Origin: a virus | Taxonomy: Duplodnaviria > Caudoviricetes | IMG/VR virus record: IMGVR_UViG_3300044277_000005 | Span: 1 to 39,604 of that record | Length of the DNA stretch: 39,604 nt | Reading direction: 5' to 3' (one strand) | In this document: one piece after another, positions 1-7,896 of the stretch | How positions within the stretch are numbered: position 1 is the stretch's first letter | Layout: every line of letters starts with the position of its first letter | Notes under the pieces: generated by a model | What the model was told of the DNA's origin: nothing | Databases searched by the model: none | The model's input: the letters and a program-made list of their open reading frames with translations, nothing else | Translations under genes and position numbers: made by a program

Positions 1-127
1 AGGGCAAGTGCCTGAAGGCGAAGCATTCGACTCTGCAATAGACGCTGCTTTGGCCGCCGCTCCAAGCACCGCAGACAGCGGTAACACTGGCGCCCAGGGC
101 GAAGGGGCGGACATTGAATGAGCTGGC
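1..127. repeat. Terminal direct repeat, left copy (identical to 39478-39604); most likely circular-assembly overlap
   Basis: AGGGCAAGTG...GAATGAGCTGGC at 1-127 recurs exactly at 39478-39604; ORF 38843-39598 runs across the join into the MTase start. Confidence 0.95.
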
Positions 128-797
128 ACTTTTCGCAGGCGCTGGAGGCGGAATACTTGGCGGCAAGTTGCTCGGATGGCGCACCGTCTGCGCCGTGGAA
201 TTCAACGCCTTTTGCGCCCGACGACTCATGCAGCGACAGGATGAAGGGCACCTTGCACCGTTCCCCATTTGGGACGATGTACGTACCTTCGACGGACGCC
301 CGTGGCGAGGCATTGTTGACGTGGTTTCGGGTGGCTTTCCCTGTCAAGGATATTCCTCGGCAGCTTCGGGAAAGAACGTTGCAGACGATCTCTGGCCGGA
401 GATGCGACGGATCGTGGCAGATGTCGCTCCCGGGGACGTATTTGCCGAGAACGTCCAACGCCGCGCCATTGACCGAGCGGCGGAAGACCTCGAAGCGATG
501 GGTTACACCGTCCGCTGCGTCAAGCTTGCCGCGTCAGACATGGGTGCTGACCACGTTCGGGAACGGTACTGGCTTCGTGCACACACCGACATGCACCGCG
601 AACTACGCCGCGAAGTCGATGCAGAAATGGGCGTGCGCTCGAGAATTCACTCGCGTGTTTGGGAAACCTACCCCGCTGAACCACGAATGGCTGATGGGCT
701 GGCCAATCGGATGGACCGACTCGCAGCTACTGGCAACGGACAAGTTCCAATCGTGGCAGCAGCAGCATGGAAAATTCTAACTGGAGAGACAGCATGA
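114..797 (+). CDS. C5 DNA cytosine methyltransferase, alpha (catalytic) polypeptide
   Basis: Motif I LFAGAGG, motif IV GGFPCQ, motif VI ENV, motif VIII RER, motif X GNGQVP; TTG start; no motif IX in this frame. Confidence 0.9.
   Translation: MNELALFAGAGGGILGGKLLGWRTVCAVEFNAFCARRLMQRQDEGHLAPFPIWDDVRTFDGRPWRGIVDVVSGGFPCQGYSSAASGKNVADDLWPEMRRIVADVAPGDVFAENVQRRAIDRAAEDLEAMGYTVRCVKLAASDMGADHVRERYWLRAHTDMHRELRREVDAEMGVRSRIHSRVWETYPAEPRMADGLANRMDRLAATGNGQVPIVAAAAWKILTGETA
118..780 (+). CDS. Overlapping +1-frame ORF; putative beta polypeptide of the methyltransferase supplying motif IX
   Basis: 220 codons open inside the MTase gene; ATG overlaps the upstream gene's TGA (ATGA); C-terminal EWLMGWPIGWTD resembles C5-MTase motif IX. 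Confidence 0.7.
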   Translation: MSWHFSQALEAEYLAASCSDGAPSAPWNSTPFAPDDSCSDRMKGTLHRSPFGTMYVPSTDARGEALLTWFRVAFPVKDIPRQLRERTLQTISGRRCDGSWQMSLPGTYLPRTSNAAPLTERRKTSKRWVTPSAASSLPRQTWVLTTFGNGTGFVHTPTCTANYAAKSMQKWACAREFTRVFGKPTPLNHEWLMGWPIGWTDSQLLATDKFQSWQQQHGKF

Positions 798-1900
798 CCA
801 AACACACCGCAGCACAGCCGCTCGACCTGGACAAGCTGCCCCGCTACTACATGGGCTCAATGGACATGCAGCAAGACCCATCCGGAAAATACGTGAGAAT
901 TGACGATGTCGCAGCCCTGATCGCTCAGGCACGCGCCGCCCGACCGACCATCGAAGTGCAGCCTGGCCATGCGTTCATCGCACCGCCCGGCTACGAAGTG
1001 AAGCACGTAGACGCCGCCCGACTGGATACCACGGCAAGCGCCGCTCAACCGACCGAAGGCCCGTATATGAGCACAAAGCCTTACGAGCGCCTTTTTGGCG
1101 CAGCGGATACCACGGCAAGCGCGAGCGGGGGGCGTGGCTGCCACTGGAAAGACTGTCCGCACGGTGCAGAATGCGAGCACGCCGCCACCGTTATTGGCGA
1201 TCATACAGTTCTGGCAGAACTGCCGGACATCTTCGCCAAGCTGCGCGAAGCCTATCGTAGAGGCTCGTCCGAGCAAGGTTCGGACGCCGGAGAGTACAAG
1301 GCAGCAGAAGAAATCATGCGTGCTTGGGATTTGCCGGATGCCCCGGTAGCCACCCAGCAGGCCGCAGCCGAGGGGTGCAGATGTCAGCAAGGACAGTGCT
1401 GCCCGATATGCGATCCGGATGTCTACCAAGGCGCCCAGCAGGCCGCAGCCAAAGCACCGGCAGCGCAGGCTGATTATCGGACGGTAATCGCAAACCTCGC
1501 GTCAGTTGTACGCGGCCAGAATGGGAACCGCCACGCCTACATCAACGAATTGCTCGCTCAAGCCGAATCGTGTCTCGCCGCTTCCCCTGCCAGCACTCCC
1601 GAGGCATCCCAGCAGGCCGGCAATGTGATCGGTGATCCACTGTGCGCTAACAAGCATTGCCTGCTGCACGCCGAGCCAGGCGGCGAATATTGCTGCAACT
1701 GCGAACCCGACCACGCTCAAGCTACTGCTGTCGCAGCGACGACCAGTGAGGATGCGCGGGATGCTGTGCTGGAGGATGTGGCTAAGTGGCACGACCAGAT
1801 GTGCATCAACACCAGCGGTAGCCGCGCTGCGCATGTCCACCATCAAAGCGCCAAAGCTATCCGAGCCATGCGCGCCACCCAGCAGGAGGGCGGCAAATGA
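794..1900 (+). CDS. Mosaic early hypothetical protein with several short Cys-rich modules
   Basis: ATGA-coupled to the MTase stop; GGAG RBS; modules CHWKDCPHGAEC, CRCQQGQCCPIC, CANKHC..CCNC separated by A/Q/T-rich linkers. Confidence 0.75.
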   Translation: MTKHTAAQPLDLDKLPRYYMGSMDMQQDPSGKYVRIDDVAALIAQARAARPTIEVQPGHAFIAPPGYEVKHVDAARLDTTASAAQPTEGPYMSTKPYERLFGAADTTASASGGRGCHWKDCPHGAECEHAATVIGDHTVLAELPDIFAKLREAYRRGSSEQGSDAGEYKAAEEIMRAWDLPDAPVATQQAAAEGCRCQQGQCCPICDPDVYQGAQQAAAKAPAAQADYRTVIANLASVVRGQNGNRHAYINELLAQAESCLAASPASTPEASQQAGNVIGDPLCANKHCLLHAEPGGEYCCNCEPDHAQATAVAATTSEDARDAVLEDVAKWHDQMCINTSGSRAAHVHHQSAKAIRAMRATQQEGGK

Positions 1901-2307
1901 AGATCAAGGCAAATATCTGCATCTCACGCGACAGCAGCGACACGATGCGCGTAAAGGTGCAGGACGAAACCAGCCGCGCGACCTTTCTGGAAATGGAGTT
2001 CACGACGCACGATCTGATGATGGCCTTGACCGGCTTGGCGTACGTCGATGCAACCGTGGCCGAGGTGCGCGACCTGGATGTGGTCGGCAAGCAGAAGATC
2101 ATCGAAAGGCGCTCGGTGAAATACCCACACAGCGATCACGATTCGCGCGCCGACAAAGAGAAATGGCTTGCGGAGAACTGCAAGGAAGACGGCTGGATAG
2201 TCGCCCCGTATCTCGGAAGCCAGACCAGCATTTCGCGCCGCGATGGCGAAACGATCCTTAACTACAGCGTCTATCGCTACGAAGCACAGGAGCAATCCCA
2301 TGACTGA
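1897..2307 (+). CDS. Hypothetical protein
   Basis: ATGA-coupled, GGAGG RBS, 136 aa, fills the operon without a gap. Confidence 0.75.
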   Translation: MKIKANICISRDSSDTMRVKVQDETSRATFLEMEFTTHDLMMALTGLAYVDATVAEVRDLDVVGKQKIIERRSVKYPHSDHDSRADKEKWLAENCKEDGWIVAPYLGSQTSISRRDGETILNYSVYRYEAQEQSHD

Positions 2308-3406
2308 CCAGAACCAAGGCGCGAGCATTGAAGCCGCCAGCCGCGCAGAATTTGAAGCGGAAGTCCGCGAACTGGACTTGCCTGCCGATGCCAGCGCGCG
2401 ATGGCCCGATGGCCGCTACTTACAAGAGCCTATCGAATCCATGTGGTCTGGCTGGCAGATGGCCCGCCGCACCCCTGCTGCCGCTACAGGAGATGGAGAG
2501 CTGCCACCGCTGCCGGTAGCTGCATTTCATACGCAGCATGGCTATGTCTGGCTCGCCGACCAGATGCGCGACTACGCCCGCGCCGCTATCGCAGCTGATC
2601 GCGCACAGCGTCAGGCCGCATTCGATGCCGCCGTCTCGCTTGCTGGCGACACCATCAACGCCCGTAACGCAGAGATCGCCGACCTGCGCGCCCAGCTTGC
2701 GGCCAAGGGTCAGGGCGAGCAGCAATCGAATCGTGAAGACTTCGCCGCATGGCTGGCGCGTGAAATGCCGCCGGGCACCGTGATCGGCGATCCGGCGTGG
2801 TGGGCGCCCCGTATTCTTCGCGCCGCCTGCGCGCCCAACAAGGTTGCCGCCGCGATTCAGTGGATCAGTACCGCGCAGCACGGCGACAACTGCTTCGTGT
2901 CGGACCACTACGAGGGCGACCCCGGCAATCGCTGCAACTGCGGCAAAGACTCGGTTCTTGAATTCTTGGAGTCGGACGCCGCGCCAGCCAGCGCACGGCC
3001 CGCCGATCTGGCATTTGCCGATGCAGTGGCCTATGGCACTGGAATCTTGCAGGGTGGTAAGCATGTTCCATATGCAGATTTCTTTATTGATCCTGCAGGC
3101 GCACAGCCCGACCAGCGGGATAGCGCAGCCGAGGCCGTTTGGACGAGCTTCGATGTCGCCTTACCTCCAGACAATACCTGTATTTTCTGGCGGCAGGGTG
3201 AGCAGACTGGCTCAGGATTCTTCTACGCTGAAGATGTAGACCAGTGGCGACCAGCGTATTGGATGCTTCCGCCTCCTCTCGCCGCAGCTCCATCCCCGGC
3301 AGCACAGCCAGCGAAGGAAATGGATGTGAATCGGATGAAAACGGATGAGATTGGCGTCCAGGCATCTCCGCCAGCTCTTAATCAAGAGGGAGGAAACAAT
3401 GGTTGA
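2300..3406 (+). CDS. Mosaic early hypothetical protein (C-terminal module DUF551-like)
   Basis: ATG at 2300 with AGGAG RBS; modules ELPPLP..ADQMRDYARAAI, CF..CNCG and W.S..VALP...YWMLPP joined by A/P/Q linkers. Confidence 0.75.
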   Translation: MTDQNQGASIEAASRAEFEAEVRELDLPADASARWPDGRYLQEPIESMWSGWQMARRTPAAATGDGELPPLPVAAFHTQHGYVWLADQMRDYARAAIAADRAQRQAAFDAAVSLAGDTINARNAEIADLRAQLAAKGQGEQQSNREDFAAWLAREMPPGTVIGDPAWWAPRILRAACAPNKVAAAIQWISTAQHGDNCFVSDHYEGDPGNRCNCGKDSVLEFLESDAAPASARPADLAFADAVAYGTGILQGGKHVPYADFFIDPAGAQPDQRDSAAEAVWTSFDVALPPDNTCIFWRQGEQTGSGFFYAEDVDQWRPAYWMLPPPLAAAPSPAAQPAKEMDVNRMKTDEIGVQASPPALNQEGGNNG

Positions 3407-3776
3407 ATGGAAAACGTGCCAGACCTGCGACGGTAAGGGAGCCTTCTACGGCGAGACTTGCGAGACCTGCGGAGGCATCGGCAAGGTCAGCGTATCGCCC
3501 AGCACCGCCCCGACAGTCGAGGTGGACGAGCGCGCAGCGTTTGAGGCGTGGTTCACCGCGAATCGATTCGGCGGCATGAAGGACTCGATGTGGGCCGCAT
3601 GGGAGGGCCGCGCTGCTCTCGCATCCAAGCCACCCGCACGAGAGGCAGCGACAGCATATGTCCCGCCTCATGTACTGGAAGCCCTGCGTGCAGGATGCAA
3701 GGTGGCCACCACATTGACGCCAGGCAAAGAGGCAGACCACACGGAAGCCGTGCAACTTCTGCCAAATAATAATTGA
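3399..3776 (+). CDS. Mosaic early protein with N-terminal DnaJ-type CxxCxGxG zinc finger
   Basis: CQTCDGKG...CETCGGIG, then DERAAFEAW..MWAAWEGRAAL module; GGAGG RBS. Confidence 0.7.
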   Translation: MVEWKTCQTCDGKGAFYGETCETCGGIGKVSVSPSTAPTVEVDERAAFEAWFTANRFGGMKDSMWAAWEGRAALASKPPAREAATAYVPPHVLEALRAGCKVATTLTPGKEADHTEAVQLLPNNN

Positions 3777-3817
3777 CCACGGTTAGCTTAAGGTTTATAT
3801 TGAGGCCTTAAGCTAAC
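3773..3817 (+). promoter_or_regulatory. Sigma70-type promoter with a 12-bp inverted repeat around the -10 box
   Basis: TTGACC(3773-3778)-17 bp-TATATT(3796-3801); GTTAGCTTAAGG(3782-3793)/CCTTAAGCTAAC(3806-3817). Confidence 0.75.
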
Positions 3818-3834
3818 GAACCAAGGAAACCATC

Positions 3835-4017
3835 ATGAACAAGATCGAAGTACGCATCCGTACCGCATTCGGGAAGGAATTCATCGACCCGATCTGCGAC
3901 AAGGCGAAGCTGTTTTGCAAGATTGCCGGCGCCAAGACCCTGACCCGCAGCCAGGTGGACGACATCAAGGCGCTGGGCTTTCAGGTGGAGAACGTGCCGG
4001 AAGTGGTGAAGCTGTAG
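3835..4017 (+). CDS. Small hypothetical phage protein
   Basis: AAGGA RBS, directly downstream of the promoter, 60 aa, GC3-rich codon use. Confidence 0.75.
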   Translation: MNKIEVRIRTAFGKEFIDPICDKAKLFCKIAGAKTLTRSQVDDIKALGFQVENVPEVVKL

Positions 4018-4059
4018 TTCTCGCGGGCGAACGCCCGCATAAAACAACAAGGGGATGCC

Positions 4060-4380
4060 ATGAAAATGTTCAGCAAAATAATCCGCGCCATCGAGCGCAA
4101 CAGCCGCCAGAACGAGCGCCGCAAGCTGGTGGAGGAACTGGAAGACATCTTCATCACGCGCAATTACAACGACAAGCGCGCCCAGCAGATCATGGAGCGC
4201 CTGGGATCGCTGCGCCGGGACGACTCCTGCGCGTACCTGAACCGCGACAAGCCGGTCAAATCGGTATCGCAGATGATCGCGGAAGACGACTGTGGCGTAC
4301 CTGCCAGCTACTACCGCACCAAGCAGGCTTTTGATGATGACCTTGAAGGGCTGGTGGGTGAATGGAAGGCGCCGGTATGA
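4060..4380 (+). CDS. Hypothetical protein
   Basis: AAGGGG RBS, 106 aa. Confidence 0.7.
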   Translation: MKMFSKIIRAIERNSRQNERRKLVEELEDIFITRNYNDKRAQQIMERLGSLRRDDSCAYLNRDKPVKSVSQMIAEDDCGVPASYYRTKQAFDDDLEGLVGEWKAPV

Positions 4381-4511
4381 AGCGCCTGGAACGCGAGATT
4401 TACGGCTTCGGGCCGCGCCTGTCCACCCGCCATGACCGGGTCGCAAGGATCGCTTTCATCGTCATGTTTGCCTCAGTGGCGGGAATGGTTGTGGGGCTGC
4501 TATGGGTATGA
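4377..4511 (+). CDS. Small single-pass membrane protein (44 aa; not in ORF track)
   Basis: MKRLEREIYGFGPRLSTRHDRVARIAFIVMFASVAGMVVGLLWV; ATGA-coupled on both sides. Confidence 0.65.
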   Translation: MKRLEREIYGFGPRLSTRHDRVARIAFIVMFASVAGMVVGLLWV

Positions 4512-4804
4512 GTGACCGTGAATTGCTGGAACTGGCGGCAAAGGCAATCCGGCGCGAGGTGGCACGCGTTGAAGATTACGGGCTGTTTTTCGCAGACCAT
4601 GACCGCGACGAATACTCATGGAACCCGCTAATGGATGATGGCGATGCGCTGCGCCTGGCGGTGAAGCTTGGAATTTACGACCTGTGGAGTGCACATCTAA
4701 AGTACATTGATCCTAGTGAAGTCGTAAGAGACCCGCTGCAGGCTACCCGCCGCGCCATCGTCCGCGCTGCTGCCGAGATTGGAAAGGCAATGAACAATGG
4801 ATGA
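4508..4804 (+). CDS. Conserved phage protein, possibly NinX/ABA-sandwich-like
   Basis: ELLELAAKA...WNPL.DDGDALRLAVKL...ATRRAIVRAAAEIG pattern typical of small phage early proteins. Confidence 0.6.
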   Translation: MSDRELLELAAKAIRREVARVEDYGLFFADHDRDEYSWNPLMDDGDALRLAVKLGIYDLWSAHLKYIDPSEVVRDPLQATRRAIVRAAAEIGKAMNNG

Positions 4805-4931
4805 CTTCCTGTTCTACAGCCTTCTTGGCTGCTTACTGGCTGGTGTCTTGATTGCCTATGCGCGGACCTTGCCCGGTTGCAGCGGCTCATGCCAACAGGG
4901 CGACAAGCCATGCGACTGCACGCCACAATAA
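4797..4931 (+). CDS. Small membrane-anchored Cys-rich protein (44 aa; not in ORF track)
   Basis: MDDFLFYSLLGCLLAGVLIAYARTLPGCSGSCQQGDKPCDCTPQ; overlaps the upstream stop and ends just before the terminator. Confidence 0.6.
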   Translation: MDDFLFYSLLGCLLAGVLIAYARTLPGCSGSCQQGDKPCDCTPQ

Positions 4932-4947
4932 CGTGACGCATCACGAG

Positions 4948-4981
4948 AAAAAGCCGCGCGGGTCAGACCGTCGCGGCTTTT
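4948..4981. terminator. Bidirectional intrinsic terminator between the convergent arms
   Basis: AAAAGCCGCG...CGCGGCTTTT hairpin with A-run on one side and T-run on the other. Confidence 0.75.
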
Positions 4982-5053
4982 ATCAATTCGCCTGGATCAA
5001 CGAACGGCGATCAGGCTTTGACCGTCGAAAGGCGCAAATTGACGAGCGACGGA

Positions 5054-5710
5054 CTAAGCCGGAACAGGCTTCGGAGGTGCCGCAGGTCGCTTTCTGTCGG
5101 ATGGCGTCGTAAGTATTTTCTCTAGCGGCCAGCCAGCCCTTAGCCTCATCCAGATGCATCGCTCGCCTAGTCCGACCTCTCTAGCCCAGTCGGCGATGGT
5201 CATGGCCTTACCGTTGAACTCAATCCTGCGGACGTTGCGCCGATTCTTGGCCTGCTCGGCAGGCATGGCCCACTTGCAGTTTACCGGATCATAGTTTCCA
5301 TCAACATCGAGGCGCTCAATGGAGTGCTGCAAAGATGGGCGCAGACCCATATCGGCGAGGAAGTTCTCAAACTTCAGCCACCGCTCACATACAGCAATTC
5401 CTCTTCCACCATAGTTTCCGTAATGAGTCGCAGACGGATTGAGGCATCTTTGCTTCATCTTAGACCAGATGACATAGGTATTCTTTTTTACCGGATCTGG
5501 ATGATTATTTATTGCGTGCCCGTGCTTTAAGTGCCCGCAGCCACAGCTTTTCGTGTCACCACGCTTTACAGAGATAAGGCGGCATTCAAACTCATTCCCG
5601 CAGTAGCACCGAACTAGGACGCGGGTGTACTTCTTGATGAACCCCAAATCTTTGAGGATGGTAAGTCTATTGTAAATAGTACCAGGCGTGATATGCTGCT
5701 TAGCAGGCAA
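5054..5710 (-). CDS. Free-standing HNH-type homing endonuclease
   Basis: W..MKQRC.NP....Y.NYGGRGI.VC.RW..FENFLADMG.RP...HSIER.D.DGNY...NC.WA signature; more AT-rich than neighbours. Confidence 0.85.
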   Translation of the reverse strand: MPAKQHITPGTIYNRLTILKDLGFIKKYTRVLVRCYCGNEFECRLISVKRGDTKSCGCGHLKHGHAINNHPDPVKKNTYVIWSKMKQRCLNPSATHYGNYGGRGIAVCERWLKFENFLADMGLRPSLQHSIERLDVDGNYDPVNCKWAMPAEQAKNRRNVRRIEFNGKAMTIADWAREVGLGERCIWMRLRAGWPLEKILTTPSDRKRPAAPPKPVPA

Positions 5711-5774
5711 GATTAACTCCGTATAGTTAATTGTGGCTTAGGTTGATCGGCGTCTGCAAACGTCGATCAACTGA

Positions 5775-5969
5775 TTATACTCCTTTGCGCACGTTCCTTA
5801 CCTCCTCCTCATAAAGGACTGCGCAGCCCGTACTGCACCAATGCGCGAGTTTGGGGACACTCCACCCGCAATAGTGGCAGAAGCCATCGGGGACTAGCGG
5901 CTTTTCGGACAGCATCATCTTGCGGCGATCTGCTGCGGCTTGCTCGGGCGTCTTGCGGGTCATGGTCAT
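5775..5969 (-). CDS. Small Zn-ribbon protein
   Basis: CHYCG......WCSTGC; ATG at 5969 just after the exonuclease stop. Confidence 0.65.
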   Translation of the reverse strand: MTMTRKTPEQAAADRRKMMLSEKPLVPDGFCHYCGWSVPKLAHWCSTGCAVLYEEEVRNVRKGV

Positions 5970-5970
5970 A

Positions 5971-6720
5971 TCAGGCGATGTTGGCGAATTTCTTGCCGGC
6001 GCGCGGGCCGATGTTGCGCGTGCTGCGGAACCAGCCCGAACACTTGCTACATTGGAAGCGCTGGTAAGAACAGGTTGCGGTATGCGCCATGCCCCGGCGC
6101 TGGAAGGTGCCATGTCCGCACTTCGGGCATACCTCGGCGGTATCCGGGTTGTACAGGCCGGCGTTCGGGATGCTGCGAATCCAGGGGCGCAGCTTGTGGA
6201 ACAGCGATTCCAGCAGCTTTACATCTTGGATGTTGTAGCGACTCATGGTTTCCCAGGCTTCGGGATCGCCTGCCATGCACTTGATCCACAATTCATGCCC
6301 TTGATGCTTTTCCTTGGTGCCGAGGCCGAGCTGCTGGGCAACGTGATCGAGCTTGTAGGACTGGAATTTAAAGCTGGATTTGACGACCCGGAACAGGTCA
6401 ACGGACTTGGAGGGGGATGGCGGCGCCAGGCCGGAGAGCAGCATTTCCTTGTTCAAGGTCGGCTCATCGAAGCGCCGGCCATTGTAGGTCACGATGGCAT
6501 CGGCTTCGTGCATCAGCGCATGCATGGCGGCGATCATTGCCTGCTGGCCGTGGTGCTCAATCGAGGCAAAAAAGCCTTCCGGTTCATCCAGCCACTTTGC
6601 GGCCCAGCACAGCATATAACCGGGTTCCAGCAACTGACTCAATCCAACGTTCTGATCCCACAGCCCCCATACATGGGCTAAATTAGGGGCCGTTTCCACA
6701 TCGAGCAGCAGGATTTTCAA
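5971..6720 (-). CDS. DEDD/RNase H-fold 3'-5' exonuclease with C-terminal Zn finger
   Basis: LLDVET (ExoI), YNGRRFD (ExoII), YNIQD (ExoIII), CPKC..CSKC; AAGGAG RBS. Confidence 0.85.
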   Translation of the reverse strand: MKILLLDVETAPNLAHVWGLWDQNVGLSQLLEPGYMLCWAAKWLDEPEGFFASIEHHGQQAMIAAMHALMHEADAIVTYNGRRFDEPTLNKEMLLSGLAPPSPSKSVDLFRVVKSSFKFQSYKLDHVAQQLGLGTKEKHQGHELWIKCMAGDPEAWETMSRYNIQDVKLLESLFHKLRPWIRSIPNAGLYNPDTAEVCPKCGHGTFQRRGMAHTATCSYQRFQCSKCSGWFRSTRNIGPRAGKKFANIA

Positions 6721-6744
6721 GAAAACTCCTTATTGCACTCCAAG

Positions 6745-7272
6745 TCACTTTGTAACTGCTGGAGATTGCGCCAGCAACTCTGTCTTTCTTCCTGAATCTG
6801 CGGTGGTGCCGAACCAGAAGGCCATCACGACGCCCCAGCCGGTGCTCAGTGACCCCAGCATCAGCAGCAGCGCCTGCGAGTCCGACACCTTGAGCCAGCC
6901 TGTCATCATGCCGATGAGGATGGCGAAATATCCCAGCGTGACGCCGACAGACAGCATGGCCGGGACCGGCGAGCGCGTGGCCTTCTGCATGTCACGGGCG
7001 TCCTTGCGGTCGCCTGCCGCGATGGCTTCAAGGTCGGACGTTTGCTTGTAGCCCAGCTCCTGCATCTTGAGCGCGAACGCCTGGTCGGCATTCTTGAGCG
7101 CCAGCATCTGCTCGGGCGTGACGCCGGCCAGCACATTCTTGAGCGTTTCCTCGGTTTTATCCGACAGCCCCAGCGCCTCAGCCGCAGCACCGATTGCCGC
7201 CGAGCCAAGCGGGCCGCCGAGTGCAGCACCGATCCACGGCGCGACAGTGCCGATGAGTGCTTTCCAGTCCAT
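6745..7272 (-). CDS. Holin-like membrane protein of the lysis cassette
   Basis: N-terminal AP.IGAALGGPLG, coiled middle, two C-terminal hydrophobic helices ending FWFG; directly after the endolysin. Confidence 0.65.
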   Translation of the reverse strand: MDWKALIGTVAPWIGAALGGPLGSAAIGAAAEALGLSDKTEETLKNVLAGVTPEQMLALKNADQAFALKMQELGYKQTSDLEAIAAGDRKDARDMQKATRSPVPAMLSVGVTLGYFAILIGMMTGWLKVSDSQALLLMLGSLSTGWGVVMAFWFGTTADSGRKTELLAQSPAVTK

Positions 7273-7694
7273 CAGAATTCCCCTTTACGGATCATGTCGG
7301 TAACGCGCCTTGCACGCGCCGGTACTTGCCGCGCCCAGTCGCTGTCGAGTGCCTCATTGGCGGCGGCATCCCAGCGCGAAGCCTTAAGCAGTTCGATGGT
7401 CTTCTTGAAGTTCTGGAGCTTGTCGAGGCCAAGCTGGAAAGCCATTTGCGCCCATGCCGTCTGTCGCACTTCGTCCATCTTGCGCCACCACGGCATGGCG
7501 GCATCAAGCTCCTTTTCGACGGTCGAAATGCACCATTCGAGCAGGGCGTCGATGATGTGTTCAGGCAGGGCGCGGTCGGAGAGATTGAAGCCGACACCAA
7601 TCGTCCAGCGGGGAGGATTCGCGTTGTCGAGGTACATGCGATTCTTGCGCCCCTCTTCACGGTTCAACTGTGCGGCGAGTTTTGCGCGATCCAT
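7272..7694 (-). CDS. Endolysin, T4-lysozyme-like muramidase
   Basis: EG......YLD....WTIGVG catalytic region, MAFQLG, SDWARQVP.RA.R. Confidence 0.9.
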   Translation of the reverse strand: MDRAKLAAQLNREEGRKNRMYLDNANPPRWTIGVGFNLSDRALPEHIIDALLEWCISTVEKELDAAMPWWRKMDEVRQTAWAQMAFQLGLDKLQNFKKTIELLKASRWDAAANEALDSDWARQVPARARRVTDMIRKGEF

Positions 7695-7697
7695 GTA

Positions 7698-7883
7698 CTA
7701 TCCTTGAACAGTGAGTTTTTCAGCCAGCTTGCGCTGCCTGCGGTCGTAAAGCTGCACGCATAGCCAGATGATCGAAAGAGACGAGGCCACGAACGCCAGA
7801 ATAGGCTGTAGCAGCCCGAAGAAACTCGCCAACGCGCCCCCGGCTGCTAGTGCGTCGAGGAAGTGGCGGATATGCTGGTCCAT
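7698..7883 (-). CDS. Putative small holin
   Basis: 61 aa, hydrophobic core, basic C-terminus, immediately upstream of the endolysin. Confidence 0.7.
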   Translation of the reverse strand: MDQHIRHFLDALAAGGALASFFGLLQPILAFVASSLSIIWLCVQLYDRRQRKLAEKLTVQG

Positions 7884-7896
7884 GCGGGCCTGTCAG

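Noticed and set aside
1-127. Physical terminal repeat of the virion DNA
   Set aside because: It cuts through coding sequence and 127 is a common assembler k-mer length; read-end data would be needed to call a real terminal repeat
1024-1450. CRISPR-like array from repeats spaced 81 bp apart
   Set aside because: Only two exact copies per repeat family, in frame within a gene, and no cas genes
6745-7272. Rz/Rz1 spanin pair
   Set aside because: No lipobox-bearing nested ORF was found, and the topology fits a holin-like protein better
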